64,000 nucleotides of DNA from Octopus vulgaris. Its lineage: Eukaryota. The DNA is taken from contig OX597819.1 of NCBI GenBank assembly GCA_951406725.2, positions 85,932,001-85,996,000 of the forward strand. Reading direction: 5' to 3'. Shown here piece after piece: positions 13,928 through 27,190 of this stretch. The notes under the pieces were generated by a model. It was not told the origin of the DNA. It saw only the letters and a program-made list of their open reading frames with translations, and did not search any database. The position numbers and the translations under genes were made by a program. Position 1 is the stretch's first letter, and each line of letters opens with the position of its first letter.

Positions 13928-14103
13928 AGACTTTACGAAAAAGACAAAAGACGAAGACAGGTGGTGTACAAAGCAAACAGATGTATTAGTATAACGCTCT
14001 GGAAGAGTAAAAGTCTTTTATGTTTCGAGCCTACGCTCTTATACAGAAAGGGACACAGAAAAAACAAGGAGAGAAAAATGTGTGCAGTGGCTAACAATCT
14101 ATC
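13924..14103 (-). mobile_element. Short (TA)n-inserted element with minimal hammerhead-like motif (copy 1)
   Basis: Flanked by (TA)n on both sides and near-identical to 49192-49328. The minus strand of 14015-14050 reads cttt-ctgtata-a-gagc-gtag-gctc-GAAA-ca-ta-aaag. Confidence 0.75.
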
Positions 14104-17040
14104 ATATATATATATATATATATATATATTTAGCCGACCACCTATCTCAATGTAGCATACAGAACGTATTAAGTAGTATGTTCTAGTGAATAGACATACA
14201 CTTAATTTGTGTATCAGAGAAATAATATCATTTGCTGCTATTTACATTTATTACTTAATGTATGGGCAATGAGCGTGATGTAATATCATGTGGAATTTGA
14301 ACTGAGGACATGGAAATAAAGCATTTTGTCTGTCACCAATTGTTTCTGCTAACAAACTTTTTTTTATTAATATTCAATTTTCACAAAATATTTTATGAGT
14401 TAAAAAAAGAAAAGCAATCTTACCCAAAACAGATTAAAAAATCCACCTACCTAATTATTAGAATAAAATTAAATTACATCACAAATTAATATAAGCCGTC
14501 CACTGTTATTCTGTCAAAATCATGTTGAAAACCTAATTTAGTTTGGTTTCAATGATACTATACGGCATATGAATTTTAGAATATACTGCATGGGACATTT
14601 TACTGCAAATTAGGTTTCATGGAATTCAGTGACGTAAAATGAACTGTTGATCCTCTCACATAGTTCTTTAAATTACGCAACATTGTTGATACTATGTCTA
14701 AAAAATTCCATGCAATATATTCTGTCCTGACAAAAATACTCCCTTATTATCTTCCTTTTCACACACACATGCACACACGCATGCACACACTCATAAATAC
14801 GTATATGTATGCAGAGATGCGTGTGTTTATGCGCGCGCATGTGTGTATGTGTGTATATGTATGTACAGACATGTGCACTAACACTCAGTATGTGTAGCGG
14901 AGTTTAAACATTTGCATTAACACTTTGACCAGGAGTCGAGTTGTTGATACATACATTCAATCGAGAATACATGCTTTCATACATACTTACATACACACAC
15001 ATGCACGCACGCACGCACACACATACACACAGAGGCACTCACATACATTTATGCGCACAGACATATACATGCACACACAAATACATATATATCAATCTGT
15101 GAAAGCAAATCATTATTCCGATTCCATTCTTAAAAAAAGACATTAAATGATTTTCGGAGCTGTATTTATTTGGCAAGTGCTTTAACCTGAGAACATGTTT
15201 TGAAACTGACACAACAATATCATGAATGAGTCATGACAGACGTCTATATTCACATCGTTGAAAAGTCAAAATAGCAATTTAGAATAATCTACACATAACC
15301 TTATTCATGTTTGTTTAAATTTTAAATAGCTATGATGATTTTTCAGTGATATAAAATTTAAATACTGATTTACACTAACTGTACATTTTAATCTTCCTGA
15401 CATTTCTTCTAAAACAAAATATTATTATACATATGTTTTGAGAGTGCCGTATTTTTATAGCTAATACCGGTCGTTCGTTCTTGTTTGTAGATCTATTTTT
15501 CTTAGAAATTCTCTATTCCTGTTGTGTGACAAAAAATTCTTGTTAAACCATAACTATAAACAAGAAACAGCAATCAGTACATGTGTTTGTAGATTATAAT
15601 AATGTGACTCTCTCTCAAATATAAATATATTGGCTTCATCCCACGGTTTCAGATCAAAATTCTTGCAAAACAAACCTAAAAACTAATATACAATCAATAT
15701 TGTTTCCTATAGGGGGAAATTCGTTTAAATCAAGATGTTGCTGTAATTATTACAATTTCAATTTATAAAAGCTGTATTTGCACAATAAAGAGTTGGGCCG
15801 AAAATGGGAGATGTAAAATTGTCTTTTTCTCTAATTCACTGCTGCTTGAAGCAAAATGAAGTGTTATATATTCGCTCCAAGTTATACCATAAATTTCATT
15901 GAAAATAACTATTTTGTGAAGCGTCTCGTACATAATATCTAAAAAAAAAAATATGTGACATATTTGGTAAACTTCAATTGAATGTCAACATTTTCTAATT
16001 TTCATTATTTCTGCTCATATGCCTCAGAAAAATTGCAAATGGAAGAAGTTGGAGAAATAAAATAAGTAATTTCTATTTCACTTCATATTTAAACCTTTGA
16101 TTTTTGAATTTTCTTTATAATTCCTTAATGTATTTCGTTCAGTCGTAGATGAAAGTAACATTTACTGTGTGAGCCTCGAATCACTATCTGTGCATAAATT
16201 TATTTAGATCTTAATACATTTCTTCACATTTTTACGCTGTTTACTCGGACGAGTGGAGTATTCTTTTTCCATTGACTAACCAATCCTTTTTGTCCTAATA
16301 ATTTCTTATGAAAATACTTTATGAATATATATCTAACTCTCACTAAAAGCCAATTCGTATTTTTTACAATTACAAACGATTCAATAACATATACATTGAT
16401 ATACGTGATCAAACCTTCAAGAAGAAGTGTTATTTTGGGAAAAAAAAGAAAGAAAACCCACAAGAACTATATTTCTTGTTGTGACTCCAATATGTAATGT
16501 TCTCTATGTTTCATGAAATCTTCCATCAATAAAATTGTATTTCAAATTTCATATTTGTTTCTCGTATTCTATATTGCGTTGCGTCACATTGGTGTATATT
16601 CTACCATTTCTATGTTGTGATTAGAATTTTGTTACTTATATGTTTGCCAACAAATTGATGCCAGTCCACTAACACACATACTGTAACACATATTTACATG
16701 CATTTCCACCTGAATAGTAAACTGGTAAGTCTTCATGTCACAAATGATCGTATCAATTCATTATCCTCCTTTCTTATAAAGTAGCATGGCAAAGAATCGC
16801 ATGCAAATTAGTTTACTGGGAATATTGACTTGCTTTTCATGACTGTAAGAGAAACTTCGTCAGGAGCTTCAAGAGATGAAAGGGAATCGGAAACTTTTTA
16901 TCATTACGATTTTCAGCTACAACCTTTTCGGAAATATATACAAATTCAAGAATAAAAGTATAACATTGACGATTTAGAGACACCGATAACATTCCCTCTA
17001 TAGATTAGTATAGATTTGCTAATTGAAACTCCATATATGC

Positions 17041-17895
17041 AAAATATAACGTGCCTTGAATGGCACAACAATGCAGAGTGGACGATAATAACTTTTATAA
17101 TTAAATTATGCATAGTCTGATGTACTAATGATATTTCGGAATACAAAAATTCCTTCTTCAGATACCACTAGGAAATGATCGAGTCACTGCTATAATCGGT
17201 TTTCCAACGGTTACAGAATTTTTTTTTTCGGAAGCATCTCTTCAGGGGTATTTGGTACAAAGCCACAAGAATTTAAGTTTGAGGCGTTTCTTCTCTTGGT
17301 CAACGCAGTGGTGGTAGAATCGGTCAATAGCTGCAGTTGTTCTTCGTTATGTAGTTTCAGTGGTTGACGTGATGCTGGATATTATTTCTGAGAATTTGCG
17401 TATGTGCTCATGGAGCTGGTAGTGTAGATAGTGCATGATTTTTCTGATAACAAATATATGTATTTCAGTGATCGTCGAAGGGTAAGGCTGCGGAAGCACG
17501 TGGGTAGATGTATGTTCCTGATGGTGTCGGGAATTATGTTGTTTTTTTAGGTAGCGTTTAAGAAAGTTTGTTTGGTATCCGATTTTAGCACGTTTCTCTT
17601 ATAGCTTGATTAACTACCTAGCAGTTGCGAACTCGACCTACCCCAGGCATATACATAGGAGAGTACTGTAGTTCGTTTGAAGCATTGTGTATTATTCGTA
17701 AAATATAACGTGTCCTGAATGGCACAACCATTCAGAGTGGACTATTATAATTTAATTATTCATAGTCTGACTAAGGATAATTAAATTTAACAGTTATTAT
17801 ACTGCACTCTGCATTGTTGTGCCATTCAAGACACGTTATATTTTACAAACAATACACAACGCTTCAAGCGAACTACCATACTCTCCTATCCATAT
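17041..17895 (-). mobile_element. Penelope-like relic with direct and inverted terminal repeats and a hammerhead motif
   Basis: 17041-17120 is repeated at 17700-17770, and 17655-17745 is inverted at 17800-17890. The minus strand of 17122-17165 has CTGAAGA-a-GGAAT...ATTCC-GAAA. The internal minus-strand frame FLKR..NIIPDTIR...KKRLKLKFLWL resembles PLE N-terminal regions. Confidence 0.55.
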
Positions 17896-18927
17896 ATGCA
17901 GCATGGGGCAAGTAATTTAGAGAAATGTTCAGTGAGAAAATGTTATCTAGTGTAAATTACATCTAAACTTTAAAACCAATACTTGGTAATTTTATATTAT
18001 AAAAAATCATAAACAGATGAAGAATGTTTAGCGTAAAAAAATATGTTTGTAAAACTTATACTAGAAAGTTAATGAAGTCATTCATGAAAATATAGGGAGA
18101 GGAGGATGAATTAAAAAGTATGAAGTGGAAGTGGATTAAGGAGTCTTGTTTACTCAAGATCCGTATTAAGGTAACATGGAAGTATGATAAAGGAGAAGAT
18201 GGGGAAAGTGGTAATTCAAATAGAAAAATGACGATTAATGTTGTATATACTTACGAAGTCTATTGCTGAGAACAGGGATAAGAGAACATTTTAGGAGATG
18301 TAGTAAGAAGAGAAATATAGAAGCGATAAGGTAATAAATTAGAGAGGGTGAAAAGGAAACGAAATTTTACTAGTGATGGGGAGATAAATAAGACGAACAA
18401 TAATAATAATGACCAAGTATGGGAGGTAATGAGAAGTGAATCTTAAAAATAAAAGAAAGATTAATGATAAAGGTATTGAATGCGTAGGATAAAGCTATAC
18501 AAAGAGAATATTTTGCATATATAAAGAGTTATGCCAAAAGTATTATTCTTGCTGAGTATTACGTAAGAAGGATGCAGTAGTACTATATACGATCGTAATG
18601 AATAAAAATACACGTTTTATAGGTCCAATGCATGTAAATATATTAAAGACAATAATTATTATGATCTACGAGTAGGTTGATACATGTAGTGGTACATATA
18701 AAGTTACAAAATTATAGGATACATGCATATCGTATATGGAGCAGAGTGAATGCATATGCAAATATATATATATATAGAGGCATACATACACATATAGCAT
18801 ATAGATACAGAAATATGTACATATACATACACATTGTATATACATGCATATAGATGTACAAATGTATACATATGTAAATAAACCCCTTTTTTACTTATAC
18901 ACCCACAGTATTCATATACACATACGG

Positions 18928-19000
<73 letters not shown>

Positions 19001-19020
19001 AATTCATACATATATATGTA

Positions 19021-19345
19021 GGAGCACTCCGTCGGTTGCGATGACGAGGGTTCCAGTTGATCCAATCAACGGAACAACCTGCTCGTGAAATTAACGTGCA
19101 AGTGGCTGAGCACTCCAGAAACACGTGCACCCTTAACGTAGTTCTCGGGGAGATTCAGCGTGACACACTGTGTGACAAAGCTGGTCCTTTGAAGTACAGG
19201 TACTACTGATTTTTGCCAGCTGAGTGGACTGGAGCAACGTAAAATAAAGTGTCTTGCTCAAGGACACAACACGCCGCCGGGAATTGAACTCACGACCTTA
19301 CGATCATGAGCCAAATGCCCCGAACAACTAAGCCACGCGCCTTCA
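19021..19345 (-). mobile_element. tRNA-derived SINE (CORE-like)
   Basis: The minus strand begins ggcgcgtggcttagt (A box)...gagttcaattccc (B box), then tgtgtccttgagcaagacactt. A homologue lies at 58579-58833. Confidence 0.85.
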
Positions 19346-21309
19346 CATATATATGTACATACACACGTATACACATAAAAAATATATACAAACATAGATT
19401 CACGTAGAGGTATACATAGATATGCAGATTTAGACGTAAACATCTACAACCACACTATAACATACAAGTATATATATACCAGTATTAAAAAATAAACTTA
19501 ATTGTAAAATGGAATAACTAATAACATTTGCAAGTATTTACTGATGTAGATTTGTGGGGAGTAGGGGGAAATGGGAGTACATATACGTACGTATATAAGG
19601 TATACATATAAGTAGAAATGTATATGTATACTCAAATACAAATATATAGTTTTACAAAAAACTACATACAGAAGATGATGCATCTTACACATATCTATAT
19701 GAATGTGCATACAACACCCATATACACCTGCATATAGATATATGTATATATACACACAATGGGTGTATATACTCACATGTATGTATATACAGACGCATAT
19801 AGATATGTAAGCTCATAGACAGCAAACATACACGCATACGCATGTGTGCAAAAGTATAGAAGTAAATAAGAAAACAGACAGATATAAGTTCATTTATCCA
19901 AGCGTATGAGGAAAAAGTATAGAGAGACATAGTTTGCATAATAGCCCTATATATAGACGGTCCTTCAGTTATCATAAAGGAAAATTTAAAATATAGTATA
20001 TAAAGGGAATTTATGTTATGGTAACATAGTAAGATACGGTTCTATATTGGATAAGGGAGAATGTGTGATTTTAAAAAATATCAAATTAGGAAATAAGGAA
20101 GTAAATAGTTATTTTAGATTAATGAATAGGAATTTGGTCATGTGTTTACATAAAAAAAAAAAGATTTCACCCCTCGGTTTCCATTCATTCTTTTTATATT
20201 ATTGATTTCTTCTAGACATAGTCTGCAAATTTTATTGTCATTTCTGTAAGAAGTGGCCGAAAATAGAATTTTCCAGGAAACTGAGAAATTAATATTGTTT
20301 CCTTGAGGTGCCAATTTTTTTTAAAATTTTAGTCCGGTACGGTTCTCTTTTCTATGGTCCCTAAAGATGGATTCGTGGGTCGAAATGCGCGATTTAACCC
20401 AGTTTTGCGTGCAGCCTATATAAATCTCGATGAGTCCTGCGTGATAATTGTTGTCTGGTTCTTTTTATAATTTCTTTCTAATTTGCAAGCATTAGTAGGG
20501 CACGCAAAACCATATAATATCATTTCCAGGAGATGCCGACTCTGCTCAGGGGAATACCTACCTATTCTGTGGACCAATAAGAAGATCATGAATAGAAGTG
20601 GTGAATGTTGTGGGAATGAATTTGAATTACCGTTAACCTAATAAATAATCACAATTCACCTTAAGGTATGGATGAATTAAATTTAGCTATAACCTCTCCA
20701 TTCTTATAAACATCAAGCAGCTATTTAATGCGTTATGTGAACGTAGCGCGACAAACCACACGCGTGCTTATGCCTACATCTTTGTAGATGTTTGTATGAA
20801 TGATTATATCCAACGCGAGGACGTTTATGCATTCATATCTGTTAACGGTTGTATTTAATACTTTTTCGCTGTATTGCTTGTTCGTTTCTTTTTTGCATCT
20901 ATTATTTTTTATTATTGCTCTTCTATATAAATGGAGCTATATCCTTTAATTTGCTGCTTTTCTTTACACGAATTAAGAAGATATCTTACGGAACTGTTAT
21001 TTTAATGAGTTATGTCTATTTATCACACGAAAAGTCACAGCTGCACTGTCGAATGCTCCTGAACCAGTTGGTAAGCATCCCATCTGGGAGGGATCGATGC
21101 TAGGTGGGTTGAAAGAATTGCAGTGATTAATAAAAATTCTTGTTTCTCCCATCTTCCGTCTCTCTCATTAACCAAATACGCAACAAACACTGTGAAAGTG
21201 AACGTAGTCTACCTGCAAGCTACCAGGTATAGATCATATGATTTATTATCCCCCCTCTCTCTCTGTCAATATATGGATATATATATATATATATATATAT
21301 ATTGTTTTC

Positions 21310-21568
21310 AGAATGAGATAAAAAATATCCCGGAAACAGCTGTAAGACCTTCTATTTATAAATGTCCTAAAATCTTCACAGCCTTGGTTTTTTATCTCAT
21401 TCTGAATTTTTTTTTTATATATACATATGCTGATAAATGACCTACGTTGAACTCCTTATTCGCATAATCACCGAACCTGGAACTTAACTATGGTCTGTCC
21501 ATAGCACTTACTCAGTATTACCTGACACCTTAGGGTCTTATTGACACCATTACCTCTCATAACCTACC

Positions 21569-21570
<2 letters not shown>
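21310..21570. mobile_element. (TA)n-flanked element, rearranged relative of 32185-32500
   Basis: Shares attcgcataatcaccgaacctgg...ttattgacacc with 32410-32483. It carries the 3' half of the HHR motif (atatcccg-GAAA-CAGCTG-TA-agac) inside a short inverted repeat (cagaatgagataaaaaa / ttttttatctcattctg). Confidence 0.65.
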
Positions 21571-21648
<78 letters not shown>

Positions 21649-22805
21649 TATGTGTGTGTGTCTTGAAAGCACAATTATTATACCCACTTAGTTATACTGG
21701 TTAGTTTGTTCGAGTATACAAAAGTTTTAATCAGGGAAAAACTTTACTGTAGAAAATATTATAAAGGTAATTAGCTAAACTTGAGTTGCATTTGCACCTC
21801 ATATATGAAGGATATAACACATAAACTAGAGTAAAAGATTACAATTGCACATGAAGAAGCACTAACTCACCCTTTAGTCAATGTAACTCTAAGTATATAT
21901 ATAACAGAAAATTCATAAAAATTGTTGACAAATAATCCTAGATCTAGAAATAAAGTCATGGAGTTCCACAAGTGAGATATCTATAAGATAATGGTAGAGT
22001 AATGTTTGGAGTACTCTAGTGTTAATACATGAAGGAAAAAAATGAAGAATGCATTTCAAGTCAATGTAGATCTGTGTTGTGCTGATGGTTTTACTCAACT
22101 TTAATTGCAAATTTCCTAGAGGCTATCTCCGATATAATTGCAAATAGAAAGCCTAATGTAAACATATAAAACTGTCAGACTTCAGTCATCCACCTGTAAT
22201 TTTTTAGCAAGAGTCAGTAATTCATTAGCAAAACAGAAATCCCTAAAGTTATGACTTAGCTGGAAGCAGGTCCAAAGATGAAATGTTTAACATCCTCGAT
22301 TCTCAGTCCTCTATTGTTAAGACCAGACACTGTAAGGCTATTTGGTTCACACAACCATTTCCATCAAACCTTGTCAGAAGGTTTTCGATAAAATTTGCGA
22401 ATTAACTATTACAGCACAAAAAGTTAACACGCCCAAAATGGTGATACAGACATACATCAAACATGAAAGAAATACAAAAATATATCAACCATATGAACAA
22501 AGTCTCAGAATGCATCAGGCCAGCATCAATACACACCAGCTCAACCTATTAGGCAATACAGAAGTAATAACTTATATAAAGCAGAATATACGACAGAGAA
22601 GATTGATTAGACAACATTATTTCAACCATATGACACCTTCATACTTAGAGAGAAAAACAAATTAGAAAATTGCAGAGAAGTACTTGCATAGTGGATCTGG
22701 GATTGTGTGCTGGAGCGAAAACAATTGCAGCGTAGAAGGTGTTTATAAGCCATTTAAGAAACACACAAAAACTGTTAGATTCACTTCAACGTTTGAATTA
22801 AATTT

Positions 22806-22850
22806 GCCAAAATATTTTCGTCACTTTAAGACCGCGACCTGTTCACTGAC
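22806..22850 (-). ncRNA. Minimal type I hammerhead-like motif with G3-C8 core variant
   Basis: Minus strand reads gtca-GTGAACA-g-GTCGC-ggtcttaaa-GTGAC-GAAA-ATAT-TT-tggc. It lies between inverted repeats 22717-22746 and 22871-22900. Confidence 0.6.
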
Positions 22851-23181
22851 GAAATTCCGTGCTGCACGGAATAAATACCTTCCATGCTGCAATTGTTTTC
22901 AAATTAGAAAAGAATTTCAGGAAAATTATCGGAATAATTCTTATCAAGAAAAATTTCTTGAAAACACATGGGAGATTAATGAATATTAAAAATTTCAACT
23001 TAAATACGGCATGACGAAATTATCATCAGCAATACGAAATTATCACACAAACAAATATCATATATTCATGTTTTCAAAATGGCATCATTACAGCATGCAT
23101 GAAATTTTTGAAATGCATACCTTTATTTATATCTTATAGTTTTTTCATCATACCGGAATCACACAACATATCATTAATAAT

Positions 23182-23352
<171 letters not shown>

Positions 23353-24063
23353 CTTGTTGTCTCTTGAGGTCTCTGGGTGAGACTTGGAGCCAGCTTATGA
23401 AAATGTAAAGCAAAAGTCAAATAGAATGATAATAATAATACCGATAGGTAATGTTTATCTCCACTTAACATCAGTTGATACCATGACAAAGAGTGAAATA
23501 TTGGGTTTTGGTGCAAAATGTACTTCTGTTTAAATAGCTTACGGGGAGATAAATCCCTTCCATCTCGAACACCGAGACCACTAGTTCATGTGATCTCAAC
23601 CTTCCTTGGTCTCGTCAATGCCGGACGCTCAAACTCTGAGGACAGCGGCGACTAGCCTCTCCGCCAGCGATATATAGAAAACTGTGCCAATCTGAGAATT
23701 CTCTCATGGTGTCTACCACAGTATACTTCGTTCTAACAGAGCATCTAAGTTTTAGTGCATAAATGGGTAAATATGAGAAGGAGAAGAAGGAAGAAAGGTG
23801 AAGGTGAAGAGAGCGGGACGAAGCCTTCATTGTGGGAAGAAAACTTTCGTAACATATATTGAACGGTTGTTTTTATAAGTAAATGTCAATCCTATTGAAG
23901 GAGATATGAAGAATTTTAATGCGTTTTTATGTTTGACTCCTTGGATAAAGTTGATTACAAAATTGGAAATAACATGTCTTATCTTGTGATTAATTCCATA
24001 TACGAAAACAATGGGAGAGGCAATTGTTTGCATTTCGGGAATATAGGTATCTATACATTTATA

Positions 24064-24115
<52 letters not shown>

Positions 24116-24297
24116 TTAGGGAATAAATCCAAATTTACAGGGAAAAATCAGATTTAGGATTGAATCCAATTTTATAGTAAAATATTATATTATATTAAAT
24201 TAGAGACAAAACCACTATTATGCAAATCAAACAAAGAAAGACTTAAGCCAATACATAACATAATTTATATAAATTTAGAAATTTAACAATTATAAAT

Positions 24298-24358
24298 AAC
24301 CACTACGATCGTTTCATGTCTTATTTCAGCACATCTTTGAGACATTCTTCAGGTGGTT
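24298..24358 (-). ncRNA. Type I hammerhead ribozyme (left arm)
   Basis: Exact reverse complement of 24638-24698. Confidence 0.85.
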
Positions 24359-24637
24359 TCAAAACCTTCTTGGCGAGTTTTAAACTATGAACGGTTGATG
24401 CGCAAGTATGTGTCTCAATAAAACACCCCTCAAGCGTATGACTACCAGGCCAATTTGGAAAACAGAATTACTTAAAACATATCACAATTGGTATTTTCAA
24501 CGTTCTAACCAAATTCTATCAAGAAAAGAATTCCTTCAAAACATACGCGTTACAAAGAGAACAGAGAGATGGGCGACACACCGAACAAAGATAAAGCCAG
24601 GTAGTTCATAGTTTAAAACTCGCCAAGAAGGTTTTGA

Positions 24638-24698
24638 AACCACCTGAAGAATGTCTCAAAGATGTGCTGAAATAAGACATGAAACGATCGTAGTGGTT
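24638..24698 (+). ncRNA. Type I hammerhead ribozyme (right arm)
   Basis: aaccac-CTGAAGA-atgtct-(18-nt loop)-agacat-GAAA-CGATCG-TA-gtggtt: 6-bp stem I, intact core, 6-bp stem II, palindromic stem III and GUA cleavage triplet. Confidence 0.88.
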
Positions 24699-24852
24699 AT
24701 TTATAATTGTTAAATTTCTAAATTTATATAAATTATTTTATGTATTGGCTTAAGTCTTTCTTTGTTTGATTTGCATAATAGTGGTTTTGTCTCTAATTTA
24801 ATATTATATATATATATATACGCGGTGACATATGTATCTATATGCACTTATA

Positions 24853-24964
<112 letters not shown>

Positions 24965-25592
24965 TGTGTGAGCGTGTTTGAGGCTGAGAATGAGGGAGAG
25001 AGAGTGTATGTTTGTGTGTGTGCTTTTGTATGAGTAAACTTATATAAAATGATGCGGTAGATGAGCAAGTATGTGTCTCAATAAAACACCCCTCAAGCGT
25101 ATGACTACCAGGCCAATTTGGAAAACAGAATTACTTAGAACATATCACAATTGGTATTTTCAACGTTCTAACCAAATTCTATCAAGAAAAGAATTCCTTC
25201 AAAACATACGCGTTACAAAGAGAACAGAGAGATGTGCGACACACCGAACAAAGATAAAGCCAGGTAAGCTGTTGATGTGAATAAATTGATGAGAAAATCA
25301 AATCTATATAATTATTATTCAAACTTCAGGACAATTACAAAACAGCAACATCATGAGAACAAAAGGCATTTTCATATATATAATACACATACATACAAAC
25401 TCATAAATATATAAACATACATAAACACATATGTATCTCTCTCTCTCCATATATATATATATATACATATATATATGTATGTATATATGTATGTATGTAT
25501 GTGTGTATGTATCTATGTAATATGTATACATATGTATTTGTGAACGTATGCATACATGTGCATATAGATATATAATATATATATTTATATTA

Positions 25593-25647
<55 letters not shown>

Positions 25648-26004
25648 ATGATTTAGAACAAACAGTAAGCTGTCATTATAGTAATCAGAGTTTCGAATGT
25701 CGGAGCGAAGAGCTACGATACAATCTCGTCGTCTGCTATTAATGACAATAGATGCTATGAAAAACCGTTGAATAAAAGGGGAGTTATTCTAATAGGTAGA
25801 AAAAGAAAAAATGAAAAAAATACACGTAACAATATTCTCACAATATATAGACATAAAGCTCCTGCGTTCATAACGTCTACATACATACAGACTCTCGAAA
25901 CCTGTAGACGTACATGCACATATACACACACACATATATGAGCATGTACATACTCAAACATGCACACCTATCTACACACACATGTATATATATATATATA
26001 TATA

Positions 26005-26973
26005 TCTTTATATATATAAAACTGAGAATCTGTGTCTGTCTGTTTCCCTAAAACTTGAGAACTACACAACCAATTTCATTCAAATTTTACACATGCATTA
26101 CTTAGGGTCCGGGGAGTGTCATCGGCAAAAATAATTTTGAACTTTTTGCCTAGGGCGAGCCCACAGCAATATCATATCTTCTCCACTACGATTCCCTAAA
26201 ACTTGAGGACTACACAACCAATTCCATTCAAATTTTACACATGCCTTACTTAGGGTCCATGTAATTTCATGGGCAAAAAAAATGTTCAACTCCTTGCCTA
26301 GAGCGAGCCCATAGCAATATCATATCTTCTCCACTATTTCAGTATTACGTGTTAAAAGTGAAACAAAAACGTTTCTCTATTTTATGTCAGATACTTTCAC
26401 TTTAACAATAAAAATAAGTAATAATTAAAATCAAACTAAAGTATAATATAATCGTAACATAACAAAAGTAAAAATAGCAATTGGTATAAAATTGCATCAA
26501 TGACTTGAACTTGAATAAGTGGTTTCACATGAATGGGAATAAATTAAAAATAAAATTAGCGTGCAGATATGCAATAGTCCAGATTGATAATAAAAAATTA
26601 AATTAAAGAAAAGCCTATTGTCTATAAAGTATACAATGTAGAGAAAATAGAAGATTTGAACACCTGGAGGAAAGCACCTTCGAAATGTGTCTTGGTGCGA
26701 CTATGAAAGGTATGTAATCAGAGGCGGTAAGTTCGCCACAATAGAAGCAAGTTTCAAGTCAACGGAGCGTGCAAGGGAGTACTCGACTCGAACTTGCAAA
26801 GTGGAAATATTTTACATTTACCTTTATATCTGGGACGTAGGACATCCCGGAAAAGAATTTAAAATCCCCAAACCCAGAAGTAGAGGTAGGCTGGATTGTA
26901 GCCACACTTCTATACAAGAGGGAGGACAAGATACAATTGATCGAAATTACAAGAGACGGGCTAACAATTCTAG
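26005..26973 (+). mobile_element. Non-autonomous Helitron-like element
   Basis: Starts a|TCtttatatatataaaa and ends ...gacgggctaacaattCTAG|t (A|T target, 5'-TC and CTAG-3' ends). It has an internal ~147-bp tandem duplication (26045-26190 / 26192-26337). Confidence 0.6.
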
Positions 26974-27155
26974 TCTGTTATATATTTTGAGTATTGTTAT
27001 CACTAGCGATATCAAGATATAACTTTGTATTTTGTATTTTATGTGTAGATGTATATATATATAGTTGTACATGTAATATGTACACATATATATACACATA
27101 TATACATGCACTAGCACTATGACCCGGCAACGACGGGTCTTTAATGCTAGTATAT

Positions 27156-27190
<35 letters not shown>

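Larger units (their letters stand above)
24111..24804. mobile_element. (TA)n-inserted foldback element with 200-bp arms, each carrying a hammerhead ribozyme
   Basis: Arms 24192-24392 and 24604-24804 are near-perfect reverse complements. The left end 24111-24275 recurs at 31411-31575, also within (TA)n. Confidence 0.9.

Noticed and set aside
20355-20400. HHR-like ctaaaga-tg-gattc-gt-gggtc-gaaa-tgcgcg
   Set aside because: Core G5 lost, with no UH triplet or stem I; at most a relic.
22342-22665. 107-aa ORF vaguely resembling a Penelope linker/GIY-YIG tail
   Set aside because: No GIY/YIG motif visible; too decayed to call without a profile search.
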